From the NCBI GenBank assembly GCA_013426185.1, contig CP058602.1:463123-527122 (forward strand): a DNA stretch of 64,000 bases, written 5' to 3'. This document shows positions 46,861-56,590 of this stretch, one piece after another (the stretch's first letter is position 1; every line of letters begins with the position of its first letter). The notes beneath the pieces were generated by a model that saw nothing but the letters and a program-made list of their open reading frames with translations, made no database searches and was not told the origin of the DNA. A program made the translations under genes and the position numbers. Source of the DNA: Candidatus Woesebacteria bacterium (GTDB lineage Bacteria > Patescibacteriota > Microgenomatia > UBA8517).

Positions 46861-46948
46861 TTGACAAGGTCCGTCCTTGTCAAAGCTAAAACATAGAAAA
46901 AGAAGATAAAAATAGCTTCGAATATTCTGACAAGGTACGTCCTTGTCA
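46861..46948. promoter_or_regulatory. paired palindromic operators TTGACAAGG-N5-CCTTGTCAA (46861..46883) and TGACAAGG-N5-CCTTGTCA (46928..46948) in the ABC-operon promoter region
   Basis: Perfect 9-bp and 8-bp inverted repeats with identical half-sites, 67 bp apart, between hup and the ABC ATPase start. Confidence 0.5.
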
Positions 46949-46953
46949 ACAGG

Positions 46954-47229
46954 TTAACGAGAGACTTGCTCTTTTAGTCTTTTGCCGGGAGTGAATTTGG
47001 GAGAACGATGAGGTTTGATATGAACCAGTTTATCTGTCTTCGGGATTTTGACTGTCTTACCTTTCCTTGAAGAAACCCTAAAAGTGCCAAAACCAGAGAG
47101 AACTACTTTTTCACCTTTTGAAAGGATTCTACCAATCTCGCTTAAAAAAACATCAACAGCTTCCTCTGCTGCCTTCTTTGTAAGATGCGCCTTTCTTGCT
47201 ACAAGATCAACTAATTGTTTTCGTGTCAT
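46954..47229 (-). CDS. hup: DNA-binding protein HU
   Basis: HU/IHF fold sequence GFGTFRV...arm KPHRSPKFTPGK. Confidence 0.85.
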   Translation of the reverse strand: MTRKQLVDLVARKAHLTKKAAEEAVDVFLSEIGRILSKGEKVVLSGFGTFRVSSRKGKTVKIPKTDKLVHIKPHRSPKFTPGKRLKEQVSR

Positions 47230-47283
47230 ATTGTTTTAAGAATATTACAAACTATCAAAAATGTCAAGTTAATGACATATTCT

Positions 47284-48270
47284 TTAAAAACCGTAAGAAG
47301 AAAGAGGTGCATTACCAATTCTTATTCTAGGTAAATCTAACCTTTGACCTTTACAAAGAATATTACCATACTTTGTGGTAAACGCCGCTTTATAACCAAG
47401 ACTATTCAAATATTTTTCGGCTTGAAGAGAATCAATACCATAAGGATAAGCAAAGATTTTTGGTGAATTAAAAAAATGATCTTTCAATTGAGAATCAGCA
47501 GTTGAGATCTCATATTCTACCTGCGAAATATTAGACTTAACATTTTTATGAGACCAAGTGTGGTTAGCAAATAAGACCAAATCTTTCATAGAATCCATCT
47601 CGTCCCAAGCCAAATAACCAGCGTTTGAGACAAGACCTGTGGGAACAAAAACAGTCGCTTTAAAATTAAATTTCTGCAAAATAGGATAAGCATTAAGATA
47701 AAAATCTTCATAAGCATCATCAAAAGTCAAAAGAACACTATTTTTGGGAATCTCGACCCCGCTATCAAAAAAATTTACGAGATCAGACATTGATATTACC
47801 TTATAACCTTTGTCAAAGAGGTATTTCATTTGTCCCTCAAAATAATCTGTATAAACAGTTAAAGAGGTCTGATGATCTTCACGAGCAGATTCTTTAGATT
47901 GAATATGGTGATACATCAAAACTGGGAGACGAACACATGGCCCGAAGAGCTTATTCATCTCGTCAAAAGACAAAGGTCTTTGAGTTGGAGAGGGGGTAGG
48001 TGCTAAGTTAGAAAAAACTGGAGAATTATCCAAAACAAACTTAGGTTTAGGAGTTTCAGAAACACTATTGGTGACAGAAGAAGGAAAATTATTTTCTCTA
48101 CCTCTTATCACACGAAAGGCAAAAAAAGAAAATAAAAAAGCGGATAAAAAGAGAAACAAAAAAAGGCTATTTTGCCACCGTGGTTTCCGTTGCTCTGACT
48201 TCTCTGATAACTGTAACTTTGATTTGTCCTGCATATTCAGCTTCTTTTTCAAGTTTTCTTGCAATATCAT
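47284..48270 (-). CDS. polysaccharide deacetylase (NodB homology) with N-terminal TM
   Basis: LLTFDDAYEDFY...ATVFV; HTWSH. Confidence 0.7.
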   Translation of the reverse strand: MILQENLKKKLNMQDKSKLQLSEKSEQRKPRWQNSLFLFLFLSAFLFSFFAFRVIRGRENNFPSSVTNSVSETPKPKFVLDNSPVFSNLAPTPSPTQRPLSFDEMNKLFGPCVRLPVLMYHHIQSKESAREDHQTSLTVYTDYFEGQMKYLFDKGYKVISMSDLVNFFDSGVEIPKNSVLLTFDDAYEDFYLNAYPILQKFNFKATVFVPTGLVSNAGYLAWDEMDSMKDLVLFANHTWSHKNVKSNISQVEYEISTADSQLKDHFFNSPKIFAYPYGIDSLQAEKYLNSLGYKAAFTTKYGNILCKGQRLDLPRIRIGNAPLSSYGF

Positions 48271-49420
48271 ATGCCAAGACTGTTAACTTGTCATCGTCAA
48301 CTTCATCAGGTTTAACAATCACCCTGACATCACGGCCCGCCTGAAAAGCATAAGCAGCTTCAACTCCTGGGAAACTTTTGGCAATATCCTCAACCTTAGA
48401 CATTCTTTTGACATACTCCTCATGCGGTTCATAACGAGCTCCAGGACGAGAACCAGAAATAGCATCAGCAATCCAAACTATAGTGCTCTCAATTGAAGAG
48501 AAAGGCCTGTCTTCATGATGCTCAGCTATACAATTAACCACCTCTTTAGGAAAACCGTATTTTTTAGCAACAGACACTCCGACATCAACATGATTACCTT
48601 CTTCTTCAGTCACTACTTTACCTATATCATGAAGAAGGCATCCCAGACGAACAATTTCAGTTTTTGCTCCAATTTCATTGGCAATTGCCACCCCTATTTT
48701 AGTTTCTTCAATGGTGTGAAGTCCAAGATTCTGGCCATAAGATGTCCTAAATTTATAACGGCCAAGAAGTTTAATGATCTCAACAGGAAGATTGTAAACC
48801 CCACAATTCTCAGCGATAATTTTACCTTCCTCAAGTAAAATATCCTCCATTTTGGCTTTAGTCTGACGCACAACCTCTTCAATTCTCGATGGTTGAATTC
48901 TCGCGTCCTTAATCAAAATTTCTAGAGCCCGACGAGCAATTTCTCTTCTTACCGAATCAAAAGAAGAAATCCTAATAATATTTGTCTCATCCATTTCAAG
49001 CTCACAACCAGTTTCTTTCTCAAAAACTCTAATATTTCTTCCTCCTGCACCAATTATTCTACCTTTGGCATCTTCATTGGGAACAACTACCGTTGAAATC
49101 GTATATTCAGCAGTATAAGAAGTAGCGCCATGTCTCATGGCATCAATTAAAATCTCGCGCGCCTTTTCAGCTGATTCAAGTTTGATTTTTTCTTCAGCCT
49201 GCCTGATTCTTTTTGCCACCTCAGCTGTCAATTCTCTTGAAACCTCATTAAGAAGAGTCTTTTTTGCCTCATCCACTGTCATCTTAGAGGCTCTCTCAAG
49301 AAGATCTTTTAATTCTTCCTCTCTTTTTCTTAAAGCTTCTTCTTTTTTTTCTAATTCTTTGCGCTCAAGTTTCAAATCCTCAAGCAACAAAGCTATTTCA
49401 TCTTTAGTTTTAGCTGCCAT
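48167..49420 (-). CDS. rny: ribonuclease Y (KH + HD domains)
   Basis: KH GAGGRNIR; HD LLHDIGK; coiled-coil N-terminus; overlaps the downstream deacetylase start. Confidence 0.8.
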   Translation of the reverse strand: MAAKTKDEIALLLEDLKLERKELEKKEEALRKREEELKDLLERASKMTVDEAKKTLLNEVSRELTAEVAKRIRQAEEKIKLESAEKAREILIDAMRHGATSYTAEYTISTVVVPNEDAKGRIIGAGGRNIRVFEKETGCELEMDETNIIRISSFDSVRREIARRALEILIKDARIQPSRIEEVVRQTKAKMEDILLEEGKIIAENCGVYNLPVEIIKLLGRYKFRTSYGQNLGLHTIEETKIGVAIANEIGAKTEIVRLGCLLHDIGKVVTEEEGNHVDVGVSVAKKYGFPKEVVNCIAEHHEDRPFSSIESTIVWIADAISGSRPGARYEPHEEYVKRMSKVEDIAKSFPGVEAAYAFQAGRDVRVIVKPDEVDDDKLTVLAYDIARKLEKEAEYAGQIKVTVIREVRATETTVAK

Positions 49421-49519
49421 ACCAATTTAAGGAGAAAAAAGGCCTAGCCCCTTTTTAAAAAGGAGAAAAAGAAACAATCTTGTTTCTTAAGTAGGACCAT
49501 ATTTTCCTCCACTCTTATT

Positions 49520-50152
49520 TTAACCTGATAAATCATTTTCGTCAAACAAAGACAAAGCCTCCTTGACAATTTCCCAATTATAACCTTTTCTTAAAAGAAA
49601 ACCGCTAGCTTTCTTTTTGAACTGATCTGGTGTTAATCTACTCCACCTTGACTGGTTTTTCTCAAGAAGATTTTTCGCTTGCTTCAATTCATCTATCTTA
49701 AAATCTGACAAGACCTCATCAATAGTTTCTTGTTTTACCCCTTTCTGTCTTAACTCCTGCTTTAAAATTGACACAGGTTTTGGCTTAAAAGAAAGTCTTT
49801 GCTCAATCCAAAACTTTGCAAACTTGAAATCATCGACAAAATCTAAATACTTAAGTTTATCTAAATATTTTTTCCTTAAACTTTCAGGAAAATTTTTCTT
49901 TTTATACCAATCTTCAATTTCTTTTTCACTCCTTGGCCTTAAAGCAGAAAAACGAAGCAATTTATCCCAAATCTTTTGGCTTTCTGCAGCTCCAATTATT
50001 TTTTCAATTTCAGACTCTTCTATAAAATTCCCTTCTTTTATTTTAAATTTAACCAAATTCTCAAGATCAATCCCAAAAGCAAATTTACCATCAAGATAAA
50101 TATTAACCCTCTTTTTATTCTTTTGAGGCTTTATGGCCGTAACATAAGGCAT
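49520..50152 (-). CDS. recX: regulatory protein RecX
   Basis: Downstream of recA; RecX-like helical repeats. Confidence 0.7.
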   Translation of the reverse strand: MPYVTAIKPQKNKKRVNIYLDGKFAFGIDLENLVKFKIKEGNFIEESEIEKIIGAAESQKIWDKLLRFSALRPRSEKEIEDWYKKKNFPESLRKKYLDKLKYLDFVDDFKFAKFWIEQRLSFKPKPVSILKQELRQKGVKQETIDEVLSDFKIDELKQAKNLLEKNQSRWSRLTPDQFKKKASGFLLRKGYNWEIVKEALSLFDENDLSG

Positions 50153-50157
50153 AAAAA

Positions 50158-51240
50158 TTAGTCGGATCCAACCGCTTCACCAATTTCCTTGGGGACTTTT
50201 ATTCCCGAATTAACTCGTTCCCTGATTTTCTTCTCCAATTCCTCAGCAAATTTGGCATCCTCGGCAATATAAGCTTTAGCCGCTTCTCTACCTTGAGCTA
50301 TTGGTTTCCCCTCATAGTTGAAGAATGACCCCTTTTTCTCAATTAAACCAAGATCAACTGCCACATCCAAAAGCCCACCTGATTTTGAAATTCCTTCTTT
50401 ATTCATAATGTCAAACTCAGCCACTCGAAGAGGAGGAGCAACCTTGTTTTTAACAATTCTTGCTCTATGACGTGAACCTATAACTTCCTCTCCATCTTTG
50501 AGAACTTCTATTTTGCGAAGGTCAATCCTCACCGAAGCGTAAAATTTAAGAGCCAACCCCCCAGGTGTCGTTTCAGGATTGCCAAACATTACCCCTATTT
50601 TTTGCCTAAGTTGATTGGTAAAAATAAGAACTGTTTTTGATTTTGAAATCGCACCTGTTAACTTTCTCAAAGCTTGGCTCATCAATCTTGCCTGAAGGCC
50701 AATAACAGCATCCCCCATTTCTCCTTCAAGCTCAGCCCTTGGAACAAGAGCAGCAACTGAATCAACCACAATTACATCTAAAGCCCCGGAGCGAACCAAA
50801 GTTTCAGTAATTTCAAGTGCCTGCTCGCCTGTGTCAGGCTGTGATAAAAGTAGGTCATCAAGATTCACCCCAACTGTTTCAGCGCGTTCAGGATCAAGAG
50901 CATGCTCAGCATCAACAAAAGCACATTGGCCACCTCTTTTTTGCGCCTCAGCAATAACAGAAAGTGCTAGAGTAGTTTTTCCTGAAGCCTCCGGTCCGTA
51001 AACTTCAATGATCCTTCCTCTTGGAAACCCGCCGACACCAAGCGCCAAATCAAGAGCAATTGAACCTGTAGGAATAGCCTCTACTTTTCTTTGTTCCTCA
51101 GTTTGCTCTCCCAAACGCATAATCGACCCTTTTCCATACTGCTTTTCAATCTGCTCCATTGCCATTCTTATCGCCTGAAGTTTGGCTGATGAGGTTTCTT
51201 TAAATTCTGTCTCTTTAAGTTCTTTCTTTTTCTTGGCCAT
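50158..51240 (-). CDS. recA: recombinase RecA
   Basis: [22 protein letters not shown]; likely start MAKKKK (ORF track extends to 51276). Confidence 0.95.
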   Translation of the reverse strand: MAKKKKELKETEFKETSSAKLQAIRMAMEQIEKQYGKGSIMRLGEQTEEQRKVEAIPTGSIALDLALGVGGFPRGRIIEVYGPEASGKTTLALSVIAEAQKRGGQCAFVDAEHALDPERAETVGVNLDDLLLSQPDTGEQALEITETLVRSGALDVIVVDSVAALVPRAELEGEMGDAVIGLQARLMSQALRKLTGAISKSKTVLIFTNQLRQKIGVMFGNPETTPGGLALKFYASVRIDLRKIEVLKDGEEVIGSRHRARIVKNKVAPPLRVAEFDIMNKEGISKSGGLLDVAVDLGLIEKKGSFFNYEGKPIAQGREAAKAYIAEDAKFAEELEKKIRERVNSGIKVPKEIGEAVGSD

Positions 51241-51329
51241 TGCTACCCTTTTAGCATAGTCTTTGATAAAATACAAGAGGAAAGAGAGAATTTAGAATTT
51301 AGATATTAGAAATTAGGATTTGCTACGCT

Positions 51330-51403
51330 CGGGGATTAGTTTAACGGTAGAATAGGCGCATGGGGTGCGTCTGGCCTGGGTTCAATTCCCAGATCCCCGA
51401 CCA
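51330..51403 (+). tRNA. tRNA-Pro (anticodon GGG)
   Basis: Acceptor CGGGGAT/ATCCCCG plus ACCA; anticodon arm GGCGC-AUGGGGU-GCGUC; T arm CTGGG-TTCAATT-CCCAG. Confidence 0.8.
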
Positions 51404-51512
51404 AAATCATTAATTTATTGATTATTGCCAAGTTTGTGAATTAGCGGATCAGATTCTAAACTCGCAATAAACAATAATCAACTCGCAATAATTAATAAAT
51501 CAATAATAAATC

Positions 51513-51908
51513 CTATTTTTTCTTTCCCTCTCCAAAAACAAAAATAAGATTGTTACCCTTAAGAGATATTTTTACCTCCCTTACTTTCAAAAACAGAATA
51601 ATTGTCTTTATAACTTGAAAAAGAAAATAAAGTAAAAATGCGGCAACAAGAGCTAAATAATAAAAAAGAAGAAAAATTCCAAAAGCCAGAAAAAGGCTTT
51701 CTTGCACCTTAAATGCGAAGATGATCACGATAACAACAAAAGTTGGAAAAATGAGCAAAAAAATTATTGTTCTAAAAAGACAGGAGGTGCCCTTTTTTAT
51801 CTTTAGGATTAAATTACCAATAAAATGGATAAACAAAAATAACGATTTAAACAATAATACTCTAAAAAAGAATATTACTTTCCTCATTACCCTACTGCAC
51901 TTTTTCAT
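51513..51908 (-). CDS. hypothetical membrane protein (very AT-rich ORF)
   Basis: Hydrophobic helices; could be non-coding. Confidence 0.25.
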   Translation of the reverse strand: MKKCSRVMRKVIFFFRVLLFKSLFLFIHFIGNLILKIKKGTSCLFRTIIFLLIFPTFVVIVIIFAFKVQESLFLAFGIFLLFYYLALVAAFLLYFLFQVIKTIILFLKVREVKISLKGNNLIFVFGEGKKK

Positions 51909-51965
51909 ACTTTATCCAAGTATATCCCTTGTTGAAATAAAAAATAACTTTGCTAACATTAAGAA

Positions 51966-52295
51966 ATGGACTTTAAAACTTATCAGAAAGAATCAAGAAA
52001 AACTGCCGCCTATCCTGACGCAGGAAAAAATTTTATCTATCCAACTTTAGGCTTGATTGGTGAATCAGGAGAAGTAGCAGATAAAATCAAAAAAGTAATA
52101 AGAGACAAAGGAGGAAAACTTGATAAGGAAACAATATTTGAAATTGAAAAAGAATTGGGTGATGTCTTATGGTATCTTTCTCAACTTGCAACAGAACTTA
52201 AACTTGATCTTGAGAAGGTGACAAAAACAAATCTAAAAAAACTCTTTTCAAGACAAAAAAGAGGCAAAATTCAAGGAAGTGGCGACAATAGATAA
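51966..52295 (+). CDS. MazG-like nucleotide pyrophosphohydrolase
   Basis: ESGEVADKIKK...ELGDVLWYLSQLA motif. Confidence 0.65.
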   Translation: MDFKTYQKESRKTAAYPDAGKNFIYPTLGLIGESGEVADKIKKVIRDKGGKLDKETIFEIEKELGDVLWYLSQLATELKLDLEKVTKTNLKKLFSRQKRGKIQGSGDNR

Positions 52296-52320
52296 AAATC
52301 TCTTCAAAGTTACCACTTTA

Positions 52321-52445
52321 CTACATCTAATCATAAAGCCACGCGCTTTAGCGCGTGGATGTAGAATAGTTTAGATGGAGCCAAGAAAGCCACGGCCTTT
52401 AGGCCGTGGATTTTTTACTACAAATACATCGATGTATTTGTAGTA
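52321..52445. repeat. hairpin cluster between convergent genes: two paralogous hairpins with compensatory stem changes plus a 30-bp perfect palindrome
   Basis: CCACGCGC-TTTA-GCGCGTGG (52339..52358); CCACGGCC-TTTA-GGCCGTGG (52390..52409) followed by T6; TACTACAAATACATC/GATGTATTTGTAGTA (52416..52445). Confidence 0.6.
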
Positions 52446-52622
52446 AAAGACACATCCTTTAGACCGTTTCTAAACTCAAAATTCAAAAAGCCAAATATGA
52501 CTCATTTTGTGATTTTACACACAACATAAATTCACCTAGCAATACTCACGATATTCAAATTCTGAGACCAACTAGACACGAGCTGGTTGAAAAATAACTA
52601 GATCCAGAAAAGAAGATTAAAA

Positions 52623-53027
52623 TTACCTCTTTGGAGATTGCTTCTTGCGCCTGGCTTTTCCTCCAGTCCCAATTTTTCTTCTTTCTCTTATTCTTGCATC
52701 ACGAGTCAAAAACCCTTCTTTTTTAAGCTTTAGCTTGATATCTTCGCTTACTTGAGAAAAAGCACGAGCCAAACCCAAAAGGCAAGCTTCAAACTGGGAA
52801 GATTTTCCACCCCCATCAACTTTAAAGGTAAAATAATACTTTGAAGCATCAGGGCCAATCAATTTCAAAAACCTCTCAAGTCTCGTTTCAAATATTTTAC
52901 CCGGAAAGTAACTAGAAAACGAAATTTCGTTAACTAAATTTTCGCCCTTACCTTTAAAAAGTCTTGTTCTTGCAGAAGCAGACTTTCTTCTGCCTACTGC
53001 GTAAATATAATTTTGTTTTTTAGTCAT
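52623..53027 (-). CDS. rpsI: 30S ribosomal protein S9
   Basis: Conserved S9 C-terminus GGGKSSQ...RRKKQSPKR. Confidence 0.9.
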   Translation of the reverse strand: MTKKQNYIYAVGRRKSASARTRLFKGKGENLVNEISFSSYFPGKIFETRLERFLKLIGPDASKYYFTFKVDGGGKSSQFEACLLGLARAFSQVSEDIKLKLKKEGFLTRDARIRERRKIGTGGKARRKKQSPKR

Positions 53028-53029
53028 AT

Positions 53030-53464
53030 TTATTTTTTAGTTAGAGATTTAATCTTGTTAATAAAAGGGTCGCTATCACCCTTTATAACTTTCAGCCTTT
53101 TCATCCTTTTGTCTTTAAGCCTATTATCAGGCAACATGCCAGAAACTGCTTTCTCAATAATCCGCTCAGGATGCTCTTTCAACATCTTTTCAAAAGAGAC
53201 TTCTTTAAATCCACCAGGGTAATCCGAATGACCACGATAAACTTTATCTTTTACCTTATTACCAGTCAAAACAACTTTTTCGCAATTAAAGACCAAAACA
53301 TTATCTCCTGCATCAACATGCGGCGAATAATCAACCTTATTTTTACCCATCAAAAGCCTTGCGATATAAGTTGCAAGCCTTCCTAAAACTTTACCCTCAG
53401 CATCAATAATATGCCAAGAACGGCTAACTTCCTCTTTTCTTCTGTGATAAGTTTTTGTCATCAT
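53030..53464 (-). CDS. rplM: 50S ribosomal protein L13
   Basis: WHIIDAEGKVLGRLAT. Confidence 0.9.
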   Translation of the reverse strand: MMTKTYHRRKEEVSRSWHIIDAEGKVLGRLATYIARLLMGKNKVDYSPHVDAGDNVLVFNCEKVVLTGNKVKDKVYRGHSDYPGGFKEVSFEKMLKEHPERIIEKAVSGMLPDNRLKDKRMKRLKVIKGDSDPFINKIKSLTKK

Positions 53465-53469
53465 ACCTC

Positions 53470-53913
53470 TTAGGCTTCTTTCTTAAGATTCTTCTTTTCC
53501 ACTTTTTTTACATCCTTTTTTTCCTCTTTTTCAGATTTTGCTTTCTTATCCTCAGCTTTAAACCAACCAATAATCTCAACTTGGGCCATTGGTGAATTAT
53601 CACCTTTTCTTGGAGGAATAGCCAAGAATCTTACAAATCCCGATTTTTTATCGATCTTTGAAGCAAGTTCAAAGATTCTATCAACGACCTTACGCTTGTT
53701 GGCAAGTTTTGACAAAATCCGCCTTCTTGCACTTAAATCTCCCTTTTTGGCAGTTGCAAAAAGTTTGTCTGCCACACGAACCACTTCTTTAGCTTTTGCT
53801 AAAGTTGTTGTAATCTTCCCCTCGTTAACCAAAGAGACCACCAAAGCTCTCAAAAGAGCCCTCCTTGATTTTGACGAGCGGGAGAATTTTCTGCCAGTAA
53901 TTCTCTTTCTCAT
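53470..53913 (-). CDS. rplQ: 50S ribosomal protein L17
   Basis: RKFSRSSKSRRALLRALV; K/E-rich C-terminal extension. Confidence 0.85.
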   Translation of the reverse strand: MRKRITGRKFSRSSKSRRALLRALVVSLVNEGKITTTLAKAKEVVRVADKLFATAKKGDLSARRRILSKLANKRKVVDRIFELASKIDKKSGFVRFLAIPPRKGDNSPMAQVEIIGWFKAEDKKAKSEKEEKKDVKKVEKKNLKKEA

Positions 53914-53915
53914 TA

Positions 53916-54839
53916 CTATTCCTCCAAGAACTTAACACCTTTTTCAGCCAAAGCAAGTTTTACGATCTTGACTGACTTCTCACCAAGATTTCTTACTTTT
54001 GCTAAATCTTCCTTCTTTGCCTTTGCCAAACTCTCCACTGTCTCGTAACCTGCCTTAATTAAAGCATTTGCTACACGAGTTGGTAAACCTATCTCCTCAA
54101 CCGAAAGTTTGCCAATCGCTCCTAACGAATCAGATTTTTTCTCTTCAACCACTGCCTTTTCAGGTATGCGGGGAGAAATTATCTGATCATAGTGAGATCT
54201 TAGTATCTTGGCTGCTTCAATTAAAGCTTGTTTGGGTTCAATAGAACCATCAGTCCAGATTTCCAAAACTAATTTATCGTAGTTGGTTAATTTTCCAACA
54301 CGTGTTTCTTCAACTCTATAACTAACTCTTGTAACCGGTGAGAAAATAGCATCAAGCAAGATAAGACCAATCTTGCCACTACCTGAATCAACTAGTCTAT
54401 AACCATAGCCATATTCAACCGTCATCTCAGCTTCAAGCTTTGCGCCTTTATTAAGATAAGCTAGAACATGATCGGGATTGGTGACCTTCAAAATTCCGGA
54501 AACCTGGATATCACCAGCTTTAACTTCTCCTGGACCTTTAGCAAATAATTTTACTTTCTCAGTCTTCTTAAGGTCTCCACTAAGACTAAATCTAACTTTC
54601 TTCAAATTAAGCAAAAACTCAACCACATCTTCTTTCATACCTTGAAGAGTAGAAAACTGGTGCTTTACTCCTTTAATTTCAACTGAGGTAATTGCTACTC
54701 CTCCCAAACTCTCAAGCAAAACTCTCCTCAAAGAATTTCCTAAAGTGTAACCATAACCCTTCTCCAAAGGAGAAATGACAAAACGACCATAATTTTCTTT
54801 TTTTTCTTCTTCTTTTGTTTCAAATAATAGATTGTTCAT
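53916..54839 (-). CDS. rpoA: DNA-directed RNA polymerase subunit alpha
   Basis: GYGYTLGNSLRRVLL; start probably MNNLLF (ORF track extends to 54875). Confidence 0.9.
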   Translation of the reverse strand: MNNLLFETKEEEKKENYGRFVISPLEKGYGYTLGNSLRRVLLESLGGVAITSVEIKGVKHQFSTLQGMKEDVVEFLLNLKKVRFSLSGDLKKTEKVKLFAKGPGEVKAGDIQVSGILKVTNPDHVLAYLNKGAKLEAEMTVEYGYGYRLVDSGSGKIGLILLDAIFSPVTRVSYRVEETRVGKLTNYDKLVLEIWTDGSIEPKQALIEAAKILRSHYDQIISPRIPEKAVVEEKKSDSLGAIGKLSVEEIGLPTRVANALIKAGYETVESLAKAKKEDLAKVRNLGEKSVKIVKLALAEKGVKFLEE

Positions 54840-54855
54840 AAAATCACCTCCTTTA

Positions 54856-55455
54856 CTACTTAGAATAAAACTCAATTACATCTTGAGCCGAAACCGGCTC
54901 GTTGACATCTTCAAAAGACGGCTGACTGATTATTTTACCAGCTACCGCTTTTCTTTCAAGCCACTTGGGGATTTTAACATTTTTTTCGTCAATTGTCTTC
55001 TTGATATAAGGAATTGCTAAAGCTTTACTATCAAGAGTAATAACATCACCTTTTTTGACCTGATAAGAAGGGATATTGACCTTCTTACCATTAACCAAAA
55101 CATGACGATGAGAAACAAGTTGTCTTGCAGCCGCTCTTGTATTGGCAAAATTCAGGCGATAAATAACATTATCAAGCCTTGATTCAAGTAAAGAAAAAAG
55201 AGCATCAGCAGTATTACCCTTTGATTTCAAGGCCTTTTCAACATATCTTTTGAATTGACCTTCTCTAACACCATAGATTCTCTTAACTTTTTGCTTCTCC
55301 CTTAACTGGCGACCATAATAAGAAGGAGCGCGACTGACTTTTGAGCCATGAACTCCAGGCGGAACATTAAGACGAGTAAGTTTTGATCCTTTGCCAAAGA
55401 GATCAACTCCTTCGCGTCTTGACAATCTGTCTTTTGGTCCTGTATATCTTCCCAT
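54856..55455 (-). CDS. rpsD: 30S ribosomal protein S4
   Basis: MGRYTGPK... Confidence 0.9.
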   Translation of the reverse strand: MGRYTGPKDRLSRREGVDLFGKGSKLTRLNVPPGVHGSKVSRAPSYYGRQLREKQKVKRIYGVREGQFKRYVEKALKSKGNTADALFSLLESRLDNVIYRLNFANTRAAARQLVSHRHVLVNGKKVNIPSYQVKKGDVITLDSKALAIPYIKKTIDEKNVKIPKWLERKAVAGKIISQPSFEDVNEPVSAQDVIEFYSK

Positions 55456-55458
55456 ACT

Positions 55459-55827
55459 TTAAACTCTCCTTTTCTTTTTAGGCCTTGGGCCGTTGTGAGG
55501 CAGTGGCGTAATATCAGCTATCAAGGATATCCTTAAGCCAGAACTTCTAATAGCTCTTAAGGCAGCATCCCTGCCAACTCCTGGACCCTTAACATAAACC
55601 TCTAGTTCTTTTAAGTTATAATCTTCTTTGGCCTTATTTAAAACTCTCTCAACTGCGGTTGTTGCAGCATAAGGAGTAGCTTTTCTTGTACCCTTAAAAC
55701 CTGAAGAACCAGAAGAACCCCAAACCAAAGTCCTACCTTCCAAATCGGTAACTGTTACCAAAGTGTTATTAAAACTGGCTGAAATGTAAATTTTACCTTT
55801 ATCAATTTCTTTTCTTTTTGCCTGCAT
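55459..55827 (-). CDS. rpsK: 30S ribosomal protein S11
   Basis: ASFNNTLVTVTD...GFKGTRKATPYAA; start MQAKRK. Confidence 0.9.
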   Translation of the reverse strand: MQAKRKEIDKGKIYISASFNNTLVTVTDLEGRTLVWGSSGSSGFKGTRKATPYAATTAVERVLNKAKEDYNLKELEVYVKGPGVGRDAALRAIRSSGLRISLIADITPLPHNGPRPKKKRRV

Positions 55828-55828
55828 T

Positions 55829-56233
55829 TTACTTTTCCTCCTTTGCTTTTTGCATCTTAGCCAAAGCCTCTTTCTTGAAGGCCCCAATTGTCTTTCTCTT
55901 GCCTCGCTTGGTGCGAGCATTCCTTCTTGTTCTCTGACCTCGCACGGGTAAAGACCTTGAATGCCTCATACCACGATAAGAACCTATTTGCTTAAGTCTT
56001 GAAATATCCGCTCTTACTTTTCTTACCAGATCACCCTCAACAGGATACTTTTCTACTTCAGCCACTATATTTTTTAATTCTTCCGGTTTAAGGTCTTTCA
56101 AGGCTATATTTTCCTTAATACCTAATTTGGAAAGAATCAATTTTGATGTCGGCCAGCCTATCCCGTTAATACGAGTTAAAGCAAAACCTATCTTCCAGTT
56201 GTCGTTTAATTCTACTCCTACTATTCTTGCCAT
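55829..56233 (-). CDS. rpsM: 30S ribosomal protein S13
   Basis: MARIVGVEL... Confidence 0.9.
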   Translation of the reverse strand: MARIVGVELNDNWKIGFALTRINGIGWPTSKLILSKLGIKENIALKDLKPEELKNIVAEVEKYPVEGDLVRKVRADISRLKQIGSYRGMRHSRSLPVRGQRTRRNARTKRGKRKTIGAFKKEALAKMQKAKEEK

Positions 56234-56240
56234 AATTCAT

Positions 56241-56354
56241 TTAACCCTGCCTTTGCTTGTGCCTCGGGTTTTTACAAATAACATAAAGAACTCCCTTTCT
56301 TTTGACTATCTTGCAATCTTTGCATCTTTTTTTGATTGACGATTGAACTTTCAT
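56241..56354 (-). CDS. rpmJ: 50S ribosomal protein L36 (zinc-binding C+ form); not in the ORF track
   Basis: [37 protein letters not shown]. Confidence 0.85.
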   Translation of the reverse strand: MKVQSSIKKRCKDCKIVKRKGVLYVICKNPRHKQRQG

Positions 56355-56355
56355 A

Positions 56356-56565
56356 TCAATATTTATAAACTATCCTGCCTCGCTCCCTGTCATAAGGGCT
56401 AAACTCAACCTTAACCCTGTCGCCAGGAAAAATTTTTACATAACCTTTCCGCATCTTTCCCTTTAAAGTAGCAAGAACCAATCTGCCATCGGTTAATTCT
56501 ACACGAAACATAGTATTGGGCAAGGCTTCTTTGACTACTCCTTCAAATGTCTCAAGCTTTTCCAT
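56356..56565 (-). CDS. infA: translation initiation factor IF-1
   Basis: S1-like; start likely MEKLETFEG. Confidence 0.85.
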   Translation of the reverse strand: MEKLETFEGVVKEALPNTMFRVELTDGRLVLATLKGKMRKGYVKIFPGDRVKVEFSPYDRERGRIVYKY

Positions 56566-56590
56566 ACTAAAAATAAAACCGCGCAAGTTC

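Noticed and set aside
48167-48270. rny/deacetylase 100-bp overlap as a possible frameshift or fusion
   Set aside because: The two ORFs are in different frames, each with an intact domain set; the overlap is probably just N-terminal over-extension of the deacetylase ORF or a tolerated gene overlap in a compact genome.
51241-51329. AT-rich direct repeats (TAAATTC, AATTTAGA) upstream of recA as a LexA/SOS box
   Set aside because: No GAAC-N4-GTTC or CTGT-N8-ACAG-type dyad; they look like low-complexity promoter DNA shared with the divergent tRNA-Pro.
51330-51403. tRNA-Pro as a possible phage attachment site
   Set aside because: It lies 11 kb from the integrase with host housekeeping genes (recA, recX, rny, miaA) in between; the phage junction is at comM instead.
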